A stretch of DNA of 64,000 nucleotides from assembly GCF_006345805.1 (NCBI RefSeq), contig NC_043003.1, positions 115,382,001 to 115,446,000 on the forward strand, read 5' to 3'. Below the pieces are notes generated by a model. It saw only the letters and a program-made list of their open reading frames with translations. It ran no database searches and had not been told where the DNA came from. The translations under genes and the position numbers were made by a program. Origin of the DNA: Octopus sinensis (lineage: Eukaryota). The first letter of the stretch is position 1, and every line of letters begins with the position of its first letter. This document shows, in pieces, positions 25,652 to 39,498 of the stretch.

Positions 25652-26770
25652 TTATGTAGGCTCGCACATGCGTGACACATTTCTCATTATTCTGACGAGG
25701 TCTGCCATCAAAATATTGAATTTGGCATTGCCCGCAATGGCTGAGTTCCGGTGGATCAGGTATTTTGAGGCCATAGGTTTTGCATAGTATGAATGAAGGA
25801 TTTGGGTTTTATTTTTCACAATTTCTAGCCAGAGTTCAGTGTCTAGTACTGGTAGTCTATGGTTGGAGTGTTTAGTGGGGTAGTCTATTGTGACCTTAAT
25901 ACTCTGGTGGATGGAGTTAGCTATTTGCTGGATGCTCTCCATAGTATTAGTTTCTATTACTATATCAACAGTACTCTCTTGTGGGGGTGCCTTTACTACT
26001 ATATTGATATCATCAACATAGCGAGAGTACATGTTTACGAGTATGGATTTCTGCAGTAGGCATTCTTTAAGCCTTCTGTCCCACCATACCATGAAGAGGT
26101 TGGCCACATCACCAGCGATACTAACACCGATGGCTGCCCCCTCGTCCTGGGCATATATTTTATTATTAAATTTAAATGTGTGGCCTTTTAGGGTAACTCT
26201 TATACTAGCTCCTAGTGCATGTGCGATCATTTTCTTACCTGATGGACATTTGCGGGGCTCCGTATGGCTCTGGTCCATCCGCGCCATCTTTCTATGTGTC
26301 TTCCTAGCCATAGAAGTAATTGTAGGCGGTCTACCTCTTAAACATCTACTGGGGCAGAAACTACTAAGATATGTTTATCTAAGTATTCACTATTATATGT
26401 CAGTCTAAGTAGGAGGCCCAGTTCTTCTGTGTCGACATTACAGAACTCCACCTGGCTCTCGTTGATCATCTCCACGCACTTCCCCACTGCAAAATCTACG
26501 TCAATCGATGGGTATAGGGATACCACATCCATGCTACCTACTATACATCCTGTCAAGTCACAAGTTTTGTTACAGTCACTGATCCTGCTTAGGAGATCTT
26601 CTGTGCTGTCACACACATCAGGTGACATCCTGATTATAGGGCGTATGATCATTGAGAGGAAGTAGGAGATTCTGTAATTGCTAGCGATATTCGCTCCACA
26701 GACTGGTCTTGTTGGTGGTCCTGCTATAGGGTCAGTAAAACCTTTATGGTCCTTGCGAAGTCCATACAGT
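25652..26770 (-). CDS. PLE reverse transcriptase (frameshifted near 26320)
   Basis: LYGLRKDHK..PPTRPVCG; SMDVVSLYPSI; FKFNNKIYAQDEGAAIGVSIAGDVANLFM; YSRYVDDI; LPVLDTEL. Confidence 0.92.
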
Positions 26771-26771
26771 G

Positions 26772-27287
26772 CCTGGAGGTGAACTAGCGTACCGCTTTAG
26801 AAGGACCCTAGATAAACTTAAACTAAGAATTAAGGTTGTTGAAAAGCCAGGCAACCCTATCAGATCTATAATTGGTAGAAGCTATCCTTTTAGTAGAACT
26901 CTCTGTACGGATAACTATTGCACTGTATGTAGATTTAGCCCACAAACGAACTGTAAAGCCAGAAATGTGGTCTATAGTATAAGATATATAGAGGGACGAT
27001 GCAGTAACAAGACAGTAACATACGTAGGGGAAACTGCAAGAAGCATTGGTGAGTGGGTGAATGAACATTGGAGACAACTCAAGGAAGGTAAAAGCTCATC
27101 GATTCTGTACCAACACGCCGAACAAGAACACGGGGGATCAATCAATAACATAGAGATTAAGATATTGTCCACACATAGAACAGATGCAACAATTAGACAA
27201 ATTACAGAAGCTACACATATAATAGAAAATAAACCTAGCCTGAATAGAAAACTAGAATGGAGCAATAGCGCACACCACAACATATGA
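26772..27287 (+). CDS. Inverted copy of the PLE GIY-YIG region with intact C-terminus
   Basis: YVGETARSIGEWVNEH..ILYQHAEQEH..RQITEATHIIENKPSLNRKLEW. Confidence 0.85.
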   Translation, partial: PGGELAYRFRRTLDKLKLRIKVVEKPGNPIRSIIGRSYPFSRTLCTDNYCTVCRFSPQTNCKARNVVYSIRYIEGRCSNKTVTYVGETARSIGEWVNEHWRQLKEGKSSSILYQHAEQEHGGSINNIEIKILSTHRTDATIRQITEATHIIENKPSLNRKLEWSNSAHHNI

Positions 27288-27758
27288 CAATAGTGGATCC
27301 TGCAAACATAATAAATACACAGGTAATTAAAGAAATAGAAATGAATATCTATATGTGTATGTATGTGTGTATATATGTATATATATGTATATGTATATGT
27401 ATATGTATGTATATATATATATGTATATGTATATATTTTTTTTTTTCGATTAGATTTATTATTATTATTACTAATATTGTTGTTATACATACATACAAGC
27501 ATATATAATGATAATAATGGGTGGATGTAAACACATGAACAAAATTAGAACAAAAGCAACAACAACAAAAACAAAATACAAATTACAAGAATGTATATAA
27601 CCAGAAGATACAAATATTACAGGCATCCCCCCCACACACACTAAATAAACATAGACGCACATAGAGATATAAGCATGCGCAAATGAAGACATACAATAGA
27701 AATACAAAATGGCTGACGGTTAGTAAGGAGAGACACAAGTAAGTGAGAAGAAAACAAA

Positions 27759-27803
27759 GGACCACTGATGCGGTCACAGGAGTGTGACGAAAGAACTTTG
27801 GCC
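27759..27803 (+). ncRNA. Hammerhead-like motif in the PLE pseudo-LTR (mirror copy at 24388-24432, minus strand)
   Basis: ggacca CTGATGCG GTCACA-ggag-TGTGAC GAAA GAACTT tggcc: 6-bp stem II and stem I present; position A9 is C. Confidence 0.5.
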
Positions 27804-27979
27804 GAAATAAGATTAAGATTAATGTAAAAAATAAATATCACTGAAGCAAAATAACACCAAATATATAGTGCGTGTGTTTTTATTGGCTAAACTGGCAATA
27901 TGACCATTCCGAAATATAACAATATCTGTTTCAACACACGACTTCACATAAAAAATCTTGCACAACAAATATTTAAACG

Positions 27980-28121
<142 letters not shown>

Positions 28122-28130
28122 CAGGTACTG

Positions 28131-28511
28131 TGTGGAGACACAATGGCCCAATGGTTAGGGCAGCGGAGTCTCGGTCATAGGATCGAGGTTTCGATTCCCA
28201 AACCGGGCGTTGTGAGTGTTTATTGAGCGATAACACTTAAAGCTCCACCAGTCTCCGGCAGGGGATGGTGGTGATCCCTGCTGTACTCTTTCACCACAAC
28301 TTTCTCTCACTCTTACTTCCTGTTACTGTTGTACCTGTATTTCAAGGGGCCGACCTTGTCACTCTCTGTGTCACGCTGAATATCCCCGAGAACTACGTTA
28401 AGGGTTCACGTGTCTGTGGAGTGCTCAGCCACTTACACGTTAATTTCACGAGCAGGCTGTCCCGTTGATTCGGATCAACCGGAACCCTCGTCGTCGTAAC
28501 CGACGGAGTGC
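28131..28511 (+). mobile_element. SINE family B, full length
   Basis: tRNA-like head (aatggcccaatggttagg; ggtttcgattccc); 3' module ccccgagaactacgttaaggg...cgtaaccgacggagtg; matches 36117-36494. Confidence 0.9.
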
Positions 28512-29042
28512 TTCCCCCCCCAAAAAAAAGTAGGTACTGTAAATTTAGAGTGAATATTTGATAAGTGTAAGCAACTGCATATACCAGATAGTGGCAGAGG
28601 TGAGAGAGCATAAATATCAAATATAAATTAAAAACAGAACACAAAGGATATCGCGGTACACGTCTTTCAAGCTTTATAAACAAACCGCTATTACCTCAGT
28701 GTATTATTGATATAAAAGACGGTTTAAAGCTCTCTTTAGCCGCAAACATTGTTAGTCCAAAGATTACATCACAATATAAAACATATAAAATATATAAAAA
28801 ATGTTACCCATTATAATAGGTTTATCACATCTTGAAAAAGTATATTTGTATAATTGGCTAACTGTATAAATATATAAAGATTCATTGGACTTCGGAAATC
28901 TGCCCATACTGTATCACCAATAAGCATAGAGTGAATGTTAAATAGATTGGATTGAGTTTATATTTTATTCTCTTGTATAAGATAGGATGAAAAATAAGAT
29001 GGAAAGAAAAATATTATATATATATATATATATAATATATAT

Positions 29043-29076
<34 letters not shown>

Positions 29077-29129
29077 ATATATATATATATATGTGTGTGT
29101 GTGCGTGTGTGTGTGTGTGTGTATAGGTT

Positions 29130-29990
29130 GCGAGCTGGCCAAGTCAATAGCATGTCGGACAAAATTCTCAGCGGCAGTTTGTTGGTACCGCTGGTGGACT
29201 GAGACTGTGGCTGCATGATTTCCTAAAGTCCGGCTGCCTCAGTAAATGGTGCTCTCTATGAAGTGATGTACACGGGACCAGCAAGCAATATAATTCAAGA
29301 GTTAGAGTCGGTGCGTGGCCTAAGAATCCATATGAGTAAGGACGCAACTTTCCATGTGCAAATCACTCAGATAGCAACGCAGGTGGGTGGCAAGCTGGAT
29401 CCTTAGATCCTTCCGGACCAGGAACAAGAACACGATACTTCTGCTTTGAAGAAATTTTGTCCATAGTCTCTGCACTACTGCTCCCAACTGAGGTCACCAC
29501 AGAGCGGAAAACTAATTGCGGAACTAGAGATATTCCAACGCCACTACACAAGATAGATTCAGTAAAACACACGGGCTACAGGGGGAGGTTGAAGGAACTG
29601 GGACTCTTCTCCCTGGAGAGGAGATGTAAGGGATATGCAGTGCTCTACATAGGGAAAATAAGGGAGAATCTAGCTCCAAATTTCTGAATCGAAATCTACA
29701 ACAATCCCCGAACTGGACGGCACTGCACAATACCAAAGGCCCCATCTTCTCCATTGAGGATACGAACCCAATATTGTAATAGTTTGGGATTCAAAGGACC
29801 ACAACTTTTTAATACACTGCTAGAGAACATCAGGGATCTGCGAGGTGTAGACATGGAAGTCTTCAAAAAACATCTGGACAGTTTCTTATCTGCAATACCG
29901 GATGAACACGCATCGTGGCAGGAGGCACTAAGAAGACTGGCAGCATCCAACTCGTTCCTTCACCAAAAGTAATACTGGAAAAATCCCCGA
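29130..29990 (+). mobile_element. CR1/Jockey-type LINE 3' fragment, degraded
   Basis: SWILRSFRTRNK; HYCSQL; YRGRLKELGLFSLERR; SLGFKGPQLFNTL..FKKHLDSFL. Confidence 0.8.
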
Positions 29991-30135
29991 ATGCAAGTTT
30001 TTAGGTTTTCATTCCCTTTGAAATTGTTTAAATTTCGTGGTTTTCAGTCGTTTTGACTGTCTCCTAGCGTGTAGAAATTGCCTGTTATATGTTAATTTCT
30101 CTTTGTGTTTAAATGTACACTATTCTCTCACTCAC

Positions 30136-30217
<82 letters not shown>

Positions 30218-30290
30218 GTGTGTGTGTGTGGGTGAGGTATGTGTGTTGTAGATGTATACACGTATATATAAATATATATATATATATATG

Positions 30291-30323
<33 letters not shown>

Positions 30324-31419
30324 AGGTATGTGTGTTGTAGATGTATACACGTATATATAAATATATATATATATCATTGATGTGTTTGTATGCCTGGGTG
30401 TTAATATGTGTGCATTTGTGTTTGTGTGTCCGTGTCTGTGTGTCTGTGTGTATCTGTGTTTGCGTGTGGGGTGGGGCGTGTGCATGTGTGTGTATGCGTG
30501 CGTGTGTGTGTGCGTGTGTGTGTGCGTGCTTATTTGGGTGAGTAAAATAATCAAGAAATGTGACAATAACGAAATAATCCCGTTTGCAAGACAGATTAAA
30601 AAATAGTGTAAGAGGCTGGAACCTGAATGTCATCACTAGAAAATGTCCTCACCGGCAATGTGATCAGTATTTGCTCTACCAGATATTTTACCGCTTACAT
30701 CAATTGCAGATATCTTAGCCATCATCCAAAGCAAAGAACGAAATGATTCGACAGCCCTACATCTCCAGAGATCACTAATCTTGACAGCCCTTCATATCAC
30801 GTTATGTAAATTTCCTTGATAACAATTTCATGATCTTAATTTTGCAACCGACTAAGAGGAATAATTTGTTGATGTCATTAAAATTTCAAATGATTTTTCA
30901 ATCAATGTTTCCTTTTTGTTTTTATAGCGAACATTTCATTTAAATTCCATTAAATGTTTTATGTTATTTTATTAACAAGTCTCTAAGTGTTCGCGGGGAA
31001 TATTTTATAAATAGAATGAAATTGTGAGTTGTTGGATTATGCGTATTCTAAGATCTTAACCACACAATAATTCAGCAAAATCATTAATCCGAAACGGAAT
31101 ATGCCGGTTCTGTGATGATCATTAACGTTGACAACTGAGACCTGGACTGTATCATACTTCCTCAAGAGACCTTTCTATTATGTAAGGTTTCAGCACTGGT
31201 TAAAAGAAAACAAAAACAATCCGGACGAATTGTTTGATGTGATAGTACGAGGGCGTAGTCATTGGTGATTTTGTAGGCTTATGTATATTAGACAATTTGA
31301 GATTCAAGTTCTGAAACCACGGTATTGACATATACCATTATTGTAGTTTGAGCATATCCCACGCCCACTTCATAAATTTAGAAATATACTTATATGTAGC
31401 TTTAGTCAGGCTTCGGAAT

Positions 31420-32400
31420 TACGGTATCAACTCATCAGTCAAATATTGGTTTCTTAGATGCTTCCCTCGACTTAAACTCACGCTGTGGCAAATCCTATCA
31501 TAAACCCAATGAGATACACACATATATACATAAACAGTCCTCTCACCCTGCTATTGTGTAATAGCCAACACAGGTAATAGTGTACTTAAGCTATTCGCTT
31601 TATAGAACATATTTGACAAAGCAGTCCCCTACCATAACAATGCACTAGCTAACAACATCTTCCAAGATAAGCTATCTACAACTAATCAGTTACAAATACG
31701 ACACTTAAAAATAAACCTAGGAAAATATTATGGTCCACCCCATGTTCGCGTTAAATGTTAAAAGTAATATAAGCAAGAAATCACTGGTATTTCTAAAATA
31801 CACATTTCTCGGTAATATCTGTCTGGACGGTTTTTAATAGAAGCTTGATGAAAATTTCATATCGCTGCTATCCAAATATCAGTAAGTAGTCACAACAAGA
31901 GCCTACACCTGTAACTGTCAAGCCGATGGATTTTGTCCGCTTGATCAGGCGTGTTTGATAAACTCAGTTTTATTATGAAGCTGACATTTAAAGCAGTGAT
32001 ACATAATTACGTAATCAAGAAAAATAATTGTAATGTTTATATGAAGGTAAATTTAAAGGGCGTTATGCAAAACATCAGTGTTCTTTCCCACACATAAATA
32101 TAAAGCCCTAAGTCGTCTAGCCAAATATGGGAACTGAAGACGAAATACTCATCACAATCAAGTGGAGAGTCGTAGAAAATTCTACGCAATATATAAATAG
32201 ATCGAAATGATGCAGGTCATTCTTGCCGATTCTTTTTTGATCCAAGAAACGCATTTGTTTTTATCCAAGAATTTCACCGCACTTCTGAATTCCGCAACCG
32301 AAATTTATAGCAAATACAAGCACGTGGTCAACCCGTTCTTCACCGAACAGAAGGCCACCACCTGCTCCGGATTGTGTAGCTATCTCAAAGACTTTGTATA
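31420..32400 (+). mobile_element. Penelope-like element fragment, degraded (same type as 6436-7330)
   Basis: FLDASLDL..YHKPNEIHTYIHK; KILWSTP; C-terminus LLNSATEIYSKYKHVVNPFF resembles the PLE LLNKRSE..SKCRH motif. Confidence 0.75.
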
Positions 32401-32559
32401 ATATCCATTGCATTTTTCTATACCATCTAGATTAATTACGATTTCTACACACAAATTTTGATTTTTTTCGTCTTCTTTCATTCCGTTCCTGTTTTTACAG
32501 CAAACTTTGAGTTTTTTCCTCTATTGTTACGTACTGATTCCGAAAGATTGCTTCTAGAC

Positions 32560-32725
32560 ACATTTTCTCCCTCTAGGTTTATATATTTTCCCGTCCTCTC
32601 TCCTTTCTGTAGAAATGCGTAGACTCGAAACGCCAAAGACTTTTCTATTCATTCTTCCAGAAAGTTAAGCTAATACATTTGCTTGTTTATCCACCTGTCT
32701 TCGTCGTTTGTTTTCTGTAGATTTG

Positions 32726-32730
<5 letters not shown>
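32560..32730 (+). mobile_element. Hammerhead-bearing ~200 bp repeat just 3' of the PLE ORF
   Basis: ctttCTGTAGAaatgcgtagactcGAAACGCCaaag at 32603-32638. Confidence 0.6.
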
Positions 32731-32791
<61 letters not shown>

Positions 32792-34541
32792 GATCGCATA
32801 CACACACACACATATATATATAGGACTTCATCTATCTGAACGGTCCAGCATCATAGTATGTCAACATTTTATTTGTAAAGGCTGGATTGATTAAAATCCA
32901 CAATACGCACGCCTCGTGCACATTCGAATATCTTGCAAACATCAAGAAACTCGCAATATCTTGGGTCTGACAAAATATTTCGACACAAACGAAACTATTT
33001 GTTTTAGATCCAATGTTGCTTTAAAACAATGCAATACAAGTGTAAATATATATACGCAGACTGGATGGCTATCTTTGGATTTTTTTTCTTGTTACTGAGT
33101 ACTTTCATCTAAATTTATCCTGACGTACAATCTACGTCGCATAAACGAAGAAGTCACTTTCATAACTAAAGAATTCAAAATGCAAATTAAAATTAAATAT
33201 TTTAACGAATAACGATATAGAGATAGTAATTTGTTCAGTAATATTTTCGAACATATATTTAGACTCTGTTTATATGTGTTGCAACAGCCTTCGTTCATGT
33301 AACAAATATTGAAAGCACAGCGTCACGTGCTGCAGATAATTTTCTCAGGTTACTGAAAAATTAACGTTTGGGACTACTTATCAAATACAAATTTCAGCAT
33401 GAAATTTGAATATTTTATTTCGTTACCATGCTATTCTGAAAAATAACATAAATCTGAAAATAATATCTCTGCCATTACATCTGCGTTATTGCCCATGTTT
33501 GAGAAAATTATCAAGAGATTGGTATGTTAAACGTATTTGAGAGAAACGGTAAAAATCAATTATAGCAATCGATCCGGCGGGAATAGAAACTCTGATATAG
33601 ATTTCATTTTCTGATTTTGTTTCACTGGTAGCCAAACAATAAATAAATCAACTAATCATCCGCCAAACATATATGTAACCTAATTACTATCAGATACATC
33701 AGACAGTATGTATCTTATCAATTTAGTCAATTTCAACTATTCAAATATTTCGCTACTTTCTTTCAAACCGTATGATTACACAAGTATCCAACTTTACTTT
33801 CCTATTCAACTGCTTCCTAGATATACTTATTTACTTATGTATTTATACATTTTGCGCTTTCATTTTCTTCGTTTTCGTCTTTCTCTTTACTGATGACGGT
33901 GGAACTGCATTCCATCTGTGACGAATTTGTTTCTAGTTAATAACATAGTTTCCTTCAGTAATCTCAAAATTAGAGATACTTCAATCAACTGTCTAATGTA
34001 CGATGCCATATCCCACTTCATAATGCAGAAATACATCGCATTTGACAGTCCAACACCGTGCCATACTTCACCCAGCTCACTTCTACAGAACTACAATCAG
34101 AGATGAGGTTGTCCTGACAGGATTTGCGATTTGCTTCTAAAAATATCTGACGACTTATGCTTGCTTATTTTGTTAAATAAGTTATTTATGTTTCAGCTAT
34201 GGTTGCTGCAGTCACTAATGATGGACATTGTGACGCAAAGGATCATGGTCGTGACTGAGATCATAAAAATAATGATATCGAGTATCATGATGACCATGAT
34301 CATAAAATGGCTTATGATGCATAATATAATGATGGTTTTTGATGTAATGGTTCTTTTAAAAATGGAATTACTAATAATAAAGTTGTTGAATGTTGACTAT
34401 ATCATGTTTGACATAAGCGATTTCGTAGGATAATTTCTGACGCTCAGGTAGGAATATTACCTGGAAATCTATAGTCACCTTCTTAAACGGATACTGAAGT
34501 AATGCCGGCAGATTAAACGCAACCGAATTTTTGTAAAGTGC

Positions 34542-34963
34542 GGATATCTTTCACTAGTAACGGCAGTTTTTAACATAATTTCTAGGTAACTAAAAAATTT
34601 TAAACTTCGTATACTGGTAGAATGTGTTTATAAAACATCTTTTTCTCCCGGCTTTATTGAGAAAATTCTATAGTTTGTAAGATATTTGTTGTTCTTTTTC
34701 TTCAATTTCTGCAATTTCAACCGATCAATGACGTCCATTGAGGTAAAAACATTCTGTGCCGTATGAATATGTCCCTCGTTTTAGAAACAGATTGGGTTTA
34801 TTTACATTTGTGAAGAAAAAAGATACCCTTCCCACCACCCCTAACACTAACCCTAACCCTAGAACATACTGAAATGTAATACATCGATACTAGAGTCATA
34901 ATTATGGGTGACAATTTCATATGACACCGCTAGAAAAAATTGCCGTTCAAACCGAAAAGATCC
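34542..34963. mobile_element. MITE-like element with ~28-bp terminal inverted repeats and internal (CCCTAA)n
   Basis: Reverse-orientation copy of 41101-41536; right end tgccgttcaaaccgaaaagatcc; left end degenerate. Confidence 0.8.
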
Positions 34964-36116
34964 CGGATTTCTTTACACTAGTACTAAATATTCGGCTATT
35001 CATCACTCATTGAATTACATGACGTGTGTTGCGCTACAATTCGCACTCCAAATATTTTACTGGACAGTGATATTTTCAGCGGGAAATTTAGTAAATGTTA
35101 TTTCTTTTTGTAGGTAACAATCCGCAATATCATTACTAAGATAGAGTGTATCTACATATCCTGTTCAAGGACTCTTGAGATAACTTACCTTAGATTCTAG
35201 AGATAATTTTAGAATGGAATGCGAATATTGTGGCTATTGTCAACTGTATACAAAGTATGCTGATGTGAAAAACATAAAGTCTGCTACGATACAAAATGCT
35301 TTGTTTTCAAAATTCAGTTTTTGCACACAGGATGTATATTTACCTGAAATAACCTTGCTTCTCCATAGTAGAGAGTAGGCGTATGTATTGCTCCGTTTCA
35401 GGAATAACACCATAGAATAGTATTTTTTATTGATGTTTATTTCAGCTTTTCCTGGATAAGATAGAAGCACTTGAAATTTTCGATATAGCCAGTAGTTTAT
35501 GGCATGTTAAGAACATTTTATATAATTTTGTTTCTTTCAATGCATAATCAATCGAATATAATATGGCACCTTCTCCTTAGGAATGTAATTATTACCGTAT
35601 TTAAAAATAGGGGAGAGCTGAGCATATCGATGGATGCAAAATATCATATTGATTATTTCTGCAAGTAGGGGCGACGACTCAGGACGTGTTTTAGATTTAT
35701 TTCGGCTTCACAAAAACTTCTTATAATTTGCTGAACTTTAAGGTTAAAGTTAGCATTACGTAAATGTAGAAGTCATCAGAGGGCTTGTCATAAAATAACA
35801 AAACAAATACACATGTTTAGAGAAGTAAAAGCTCATCTTAATTTTCCTGATCGTTTTCAAACAGGGGATAAGAATTGATTATAAATTCAAAATTTCAAAT
35901 AGGTGTCAATAGAACAAAGACTTAAATATGAAAAGCAATTAATCTCATTATCTATAATAAATTATCTTATCTCATTCGGAAGGAGTTAAATATCCCCAAA
36001 ATATAAGATAGGTATGCATAACTGAATTACTGCAAACAATATATGCGTTTATAAGTTATCACGCAGCTAAATGCTAGTGAATGTCACTATTGCCATGTTG
36101 GTATTTGAACTATTTT

Positions 36117-36494
36117 GTGGAGGCGCAATGGCCCAGTGGTTAGGGCAGCGAACTCGCGGTCGTAGGATCGTGGCTTCGATTCCCAGACCGGGCGTTGTGA
36201 GTGTTTATTGAGCGAAAACACCTAAAGCTCCACGAAGCTCCGGCAGGGGATGGTGGCGATCCCTGCTGTACTCTTTCACCACAACTTCTCTCACTCTTAC
36301 TTCATGTTTCTGTTGTACCTGTATTTCAAAGGGCCGGCTTTGTCACTCTGTGTGTCACGCTGAATATCCCCGAGAACTACGTTAAGGTTACACGTGTCTG
36401 TGGAGTACTCAGCCACTTACACGTTAATTTCACGAGCAGGCTGTTCCGTTGATCGGATCAACCGGAACCCTCGTCGTCGTAACCGACGGAGTGC
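36117..36494 (+). mobile_element. SINE family B, full length
   Basis: Matches 28131-28511. Confidence 0.9.
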
Positions 36495-36539
36495 TTCCAC
36501 ATTTGAACTATTATATACACGTATATACACATGTATGTG

Positions 36540-36730
36540 GATTATTGGCGATTTCTTTCCTCCATCTTGCTTCTCTCTTGGTCTTTCCTCCGTCTCCTGT
36601 TTCTGAAGAAGATCTTTGCTCGAAAAGTAATACAAACTTTCTTTCTTTCCCTGAACGTCTTTTAAGACTTTGCATGTACCACGTCCCCGAATTGTTTTTT
36701 CTTCTTCATTTTGGCGGATTAATTATATAA
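36540..36730 (+). mobile_element. Hammerhead-bearing ~200 bp repeat
   Basis: tgtttCTGAAGAagatctttgctcGAAAAGTAataca at 36598-36634. Confidence 0.6.
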
Positions 36731-36949
36731 ATAGATAGATAGAGACAGACAGACAGACAGACATACAAAAAGAGAGAGTAAGAGAGAGAGGGAGGGAGAG
36801 ATGCAAATGCATATGTTACCCCGTAACGTAGTACATTGGTGAGATGCTGCGTAGTGCCTGCCACCAGAGTTACTTCAGGTGATTATTCTGGGTGCTAGAT
36901 CGTGCTCTCCATTCGCTATATACAAGAATGAATGGCAAAAGCAATTTAC

Positions 36950-37142
36950 TCAATGATTCGATTGCTAATGTTATAAGACCTAGCACTCATGCAATGTTGA
37001 TACATGTGTACGTTCGTATGTGTGAAGTGAGGCATAGAATAATCTGCGTATATCACACTTGTAAATGCATAATACATACATATTTGTGTGTATGTTGCAC
37101 GCGTCGTGCATATCTTGTCAGTATATCTTTATATATATATCA

Positions 37143-37225
<83 letters not shown>

Positions 37226-37399
37226 TATAAATTTACTCAAATTTTATTCACACACACACACACACATCCACACTCGTGAACGCACGCAACCGCGTGTACG
37301 CACTCACACATATATAGATCGATCGACAAATAGATAGACCGATATATATTTAGACAGATAGATATATACATTACGTAGATATATATATATTATATGTAG

Positions 37400-37431
<32 letters not shown>

Positions 37432-37606
37432 TATATATATACATAGATATATATATATATATAAATATTATATGTATATATGTATATATACATATATATA
37501 CGTATATAAATATATATATATTATATGTATATTTATATATATACATATACATACAGATATAAATATATATATATATTATATATATTATATATATATATAT
37601 ACACAC

Positions 37607-37670
<64 letters not shown>

Positions 37671-37837
37671 TTACTCAAATTTTATTCACACACACACACA
37701 CACACATCCACACTCGTGAACGCACGCAACCGCGTGTACGCACTCACACATATATAGATCGATCGACAAATAGATAGACCGATATATATTTAGACAGATA
37801 GATATATACATTACGTAGATATATATATATTATATGT

Positions 37838-37880
<43 letters not shown>

Positions 37881-38098
37881 ACATAGATATATATATATAT
37901 ATAAATTATAAATATATAAAGATATACTGACAAGATATGCACGACGCGTGCAACATACACACAAATATGTATGTATTATGCATTTATAAGTGTGATATAC
38001 GCAGATTATTCTATGCCTCACTTCACACATACGAACGTACACATGTATCAACATTGCATGAGTGCTAGGTCTTATAACATTAGCAATCGAATCATTGA
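36950..38098. repeat. Fold-back: 36950-37140 inverted at 37910-38098, with an internal direct repeat (37229 and 37667)
   Basis: Arms near-identical; direct repeat period about 438 bp. Confidence 0.9.
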
Positions 38099-38504
38099 TT
38101 ATACGTATTCTCAATACAAAAGTAAATATCCTATTAATATGAAAATAAAACCGACAGCAACGAAACCTAATAAGAGATCCACTAAACAACAACCCGGTTA
38201 CATTGTTTATAAACCCTTCTCGTATCTTGAAGCTGGCACACATAGATATACATAAATTATTACTAAGTTCTACTGGTATCATTGGAGCAATTTGTACTTC
38301 TTCCGTTCTATGCTACCCTAGAATCTTTTGATTTAACAGAAACACCTTTGCTCCAGGGGGAGATTGAAGCTGTTTCGTCAGATTATTCCTGTAGCTCATG
38401 CGCTGCACTATTTCATTCCTTTTAGTGTTGTGGGTTGCTTCAAGCTCCGACATTAGTTTGGTGCAATATCGCGACAATTACTGGGAGCAGTAGTCTAGGT
38501 GACT

Positions 38505-38635
38505 GAGCAAATCGACCCAGGGCTTATTCTTTGTAAGTCTGGTACTTATTCTATCGGTCTCTTTTGCCGAACTGCTAAGTTACGGCGACGTAAACACACC
38601 AGCATCGGTTGACAAGCGATGATGTGGGGACAAAC
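38505..38635 (-). mobile_element. SINE family A, second module only
   Basis: gagcaaatcgaccc..cttattctatcggtctcttttgccgaac..gggacaaac. Confidence 0.8.
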
Positions 38636-39167
38636 ATTATATATAAGAAACACCGCCTTTTCCAGCAAAATCTCCAGCTTCCCCAGAGAGATAAATATTC
38701 CGCTATATCATCTAATTTTGGAACTGCATCTTCTGTCAAGAGGAGTTTCTGTCAACGCAGGATTCTCTTCGTCATCACTCGATCAGCTTGAAATAGCAGC
38801 AGAATTGCTAAGAACACGTATTTCCTGTCCCTAGTCAAGTAGTAAAGAAGGATTTCATTACAAAATATCCATGAAATTCAATTAAATAAATTTTCATGGC
38901 TGCTATATCTGTTTTTTTTTTTGTTCTTTTTTATAAATCCCTTAGACATGAATTTAAGCAATAGAAACTATTAGTAATACCTTTTAAAGTATTTTATCCG
39001 TTACTGCCATAACAATAACATTCTTACTATCAAAACATCAATAAAGACTACACTAACAGTTTATCAATAATCGATACCAACTGCAAATATTTATAGGAAA
39101 ATTAACACTGCCGTTATTAACACAATTATTGAAGCATCAGTCTGAAAATCCTGATGTGTTTACTTGC

Positions 39168-39262
39168 CTGACGTACACAAATAGATGCAGAATCAGCCCA
39201 GTACAGATGTCGATCTTGAATCTGAAGGGTGAGGTCAATGAATAATGCAATAAGAAACACTG
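39168..39262 (-). CDS. Exon candidate with a GC donor (VFLIALFIDLTLQIQDRHLYWADSASICVRQ; a second frame is also open)
   Basis: Acceptor tttttgcag and donor cag|gcaagt; 95 nt. Confidence 0.25.
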
Positions 39263-39498
39263 CTGCAAAAATGTGATTTTCGTATGACGGGAATAAAATT
39301 GAAGGTTGTTTGAATCAGGCCTGACTTGGGTCTAAACAATTATACATGCGTTTTTACTAATAGCTTTAGCCCGGCTACTACCTGAAAGAACATTCGTAGC
39401 CATACACACAAACAACCAGTAAATGTTAACAAGAATAGTTTACATGGTTTTCGATTTACTAGAAAAAATAGCCAAATCTCTCATATTTACCAACTTAC

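Larger units (their letters stand above)
24266..27925 (-). mobile_element. Penelope-like retroelement, 5'-truncated, with inverted 3' repeat
   Basis: RT and GIY-YIG on the minus strand; 24266-25399 is the reverse complement of 26772-27925. Confidence 0.95.

Noticed and set aside
32207-32401. 64-aa ORF as a host exon
   Set aside because: It matches the PLE C-terminal motif and is continuous with the upstream PLE fragment.
33891-33930. Hammerhead candidate ctgatgacggtggaa..ttccatc
   Set aside because: The stem is not followed by GAAA, and there is no stem I or stem III.
35188-35452. Two exon-like segments with good splice sites (minus strand)
   Set aside because: They cannot be joined without stops, and the more protein-like frame needs an unproven homopolymer indel.
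38320-38830. Protein-like minus-strand frames (MSELEATHNTKRNE..; KLLLTEDAVPKLDD..)
   Set aside because: Splice sites are weak or missing and there is no recognisable homology; length is compatible with chance.
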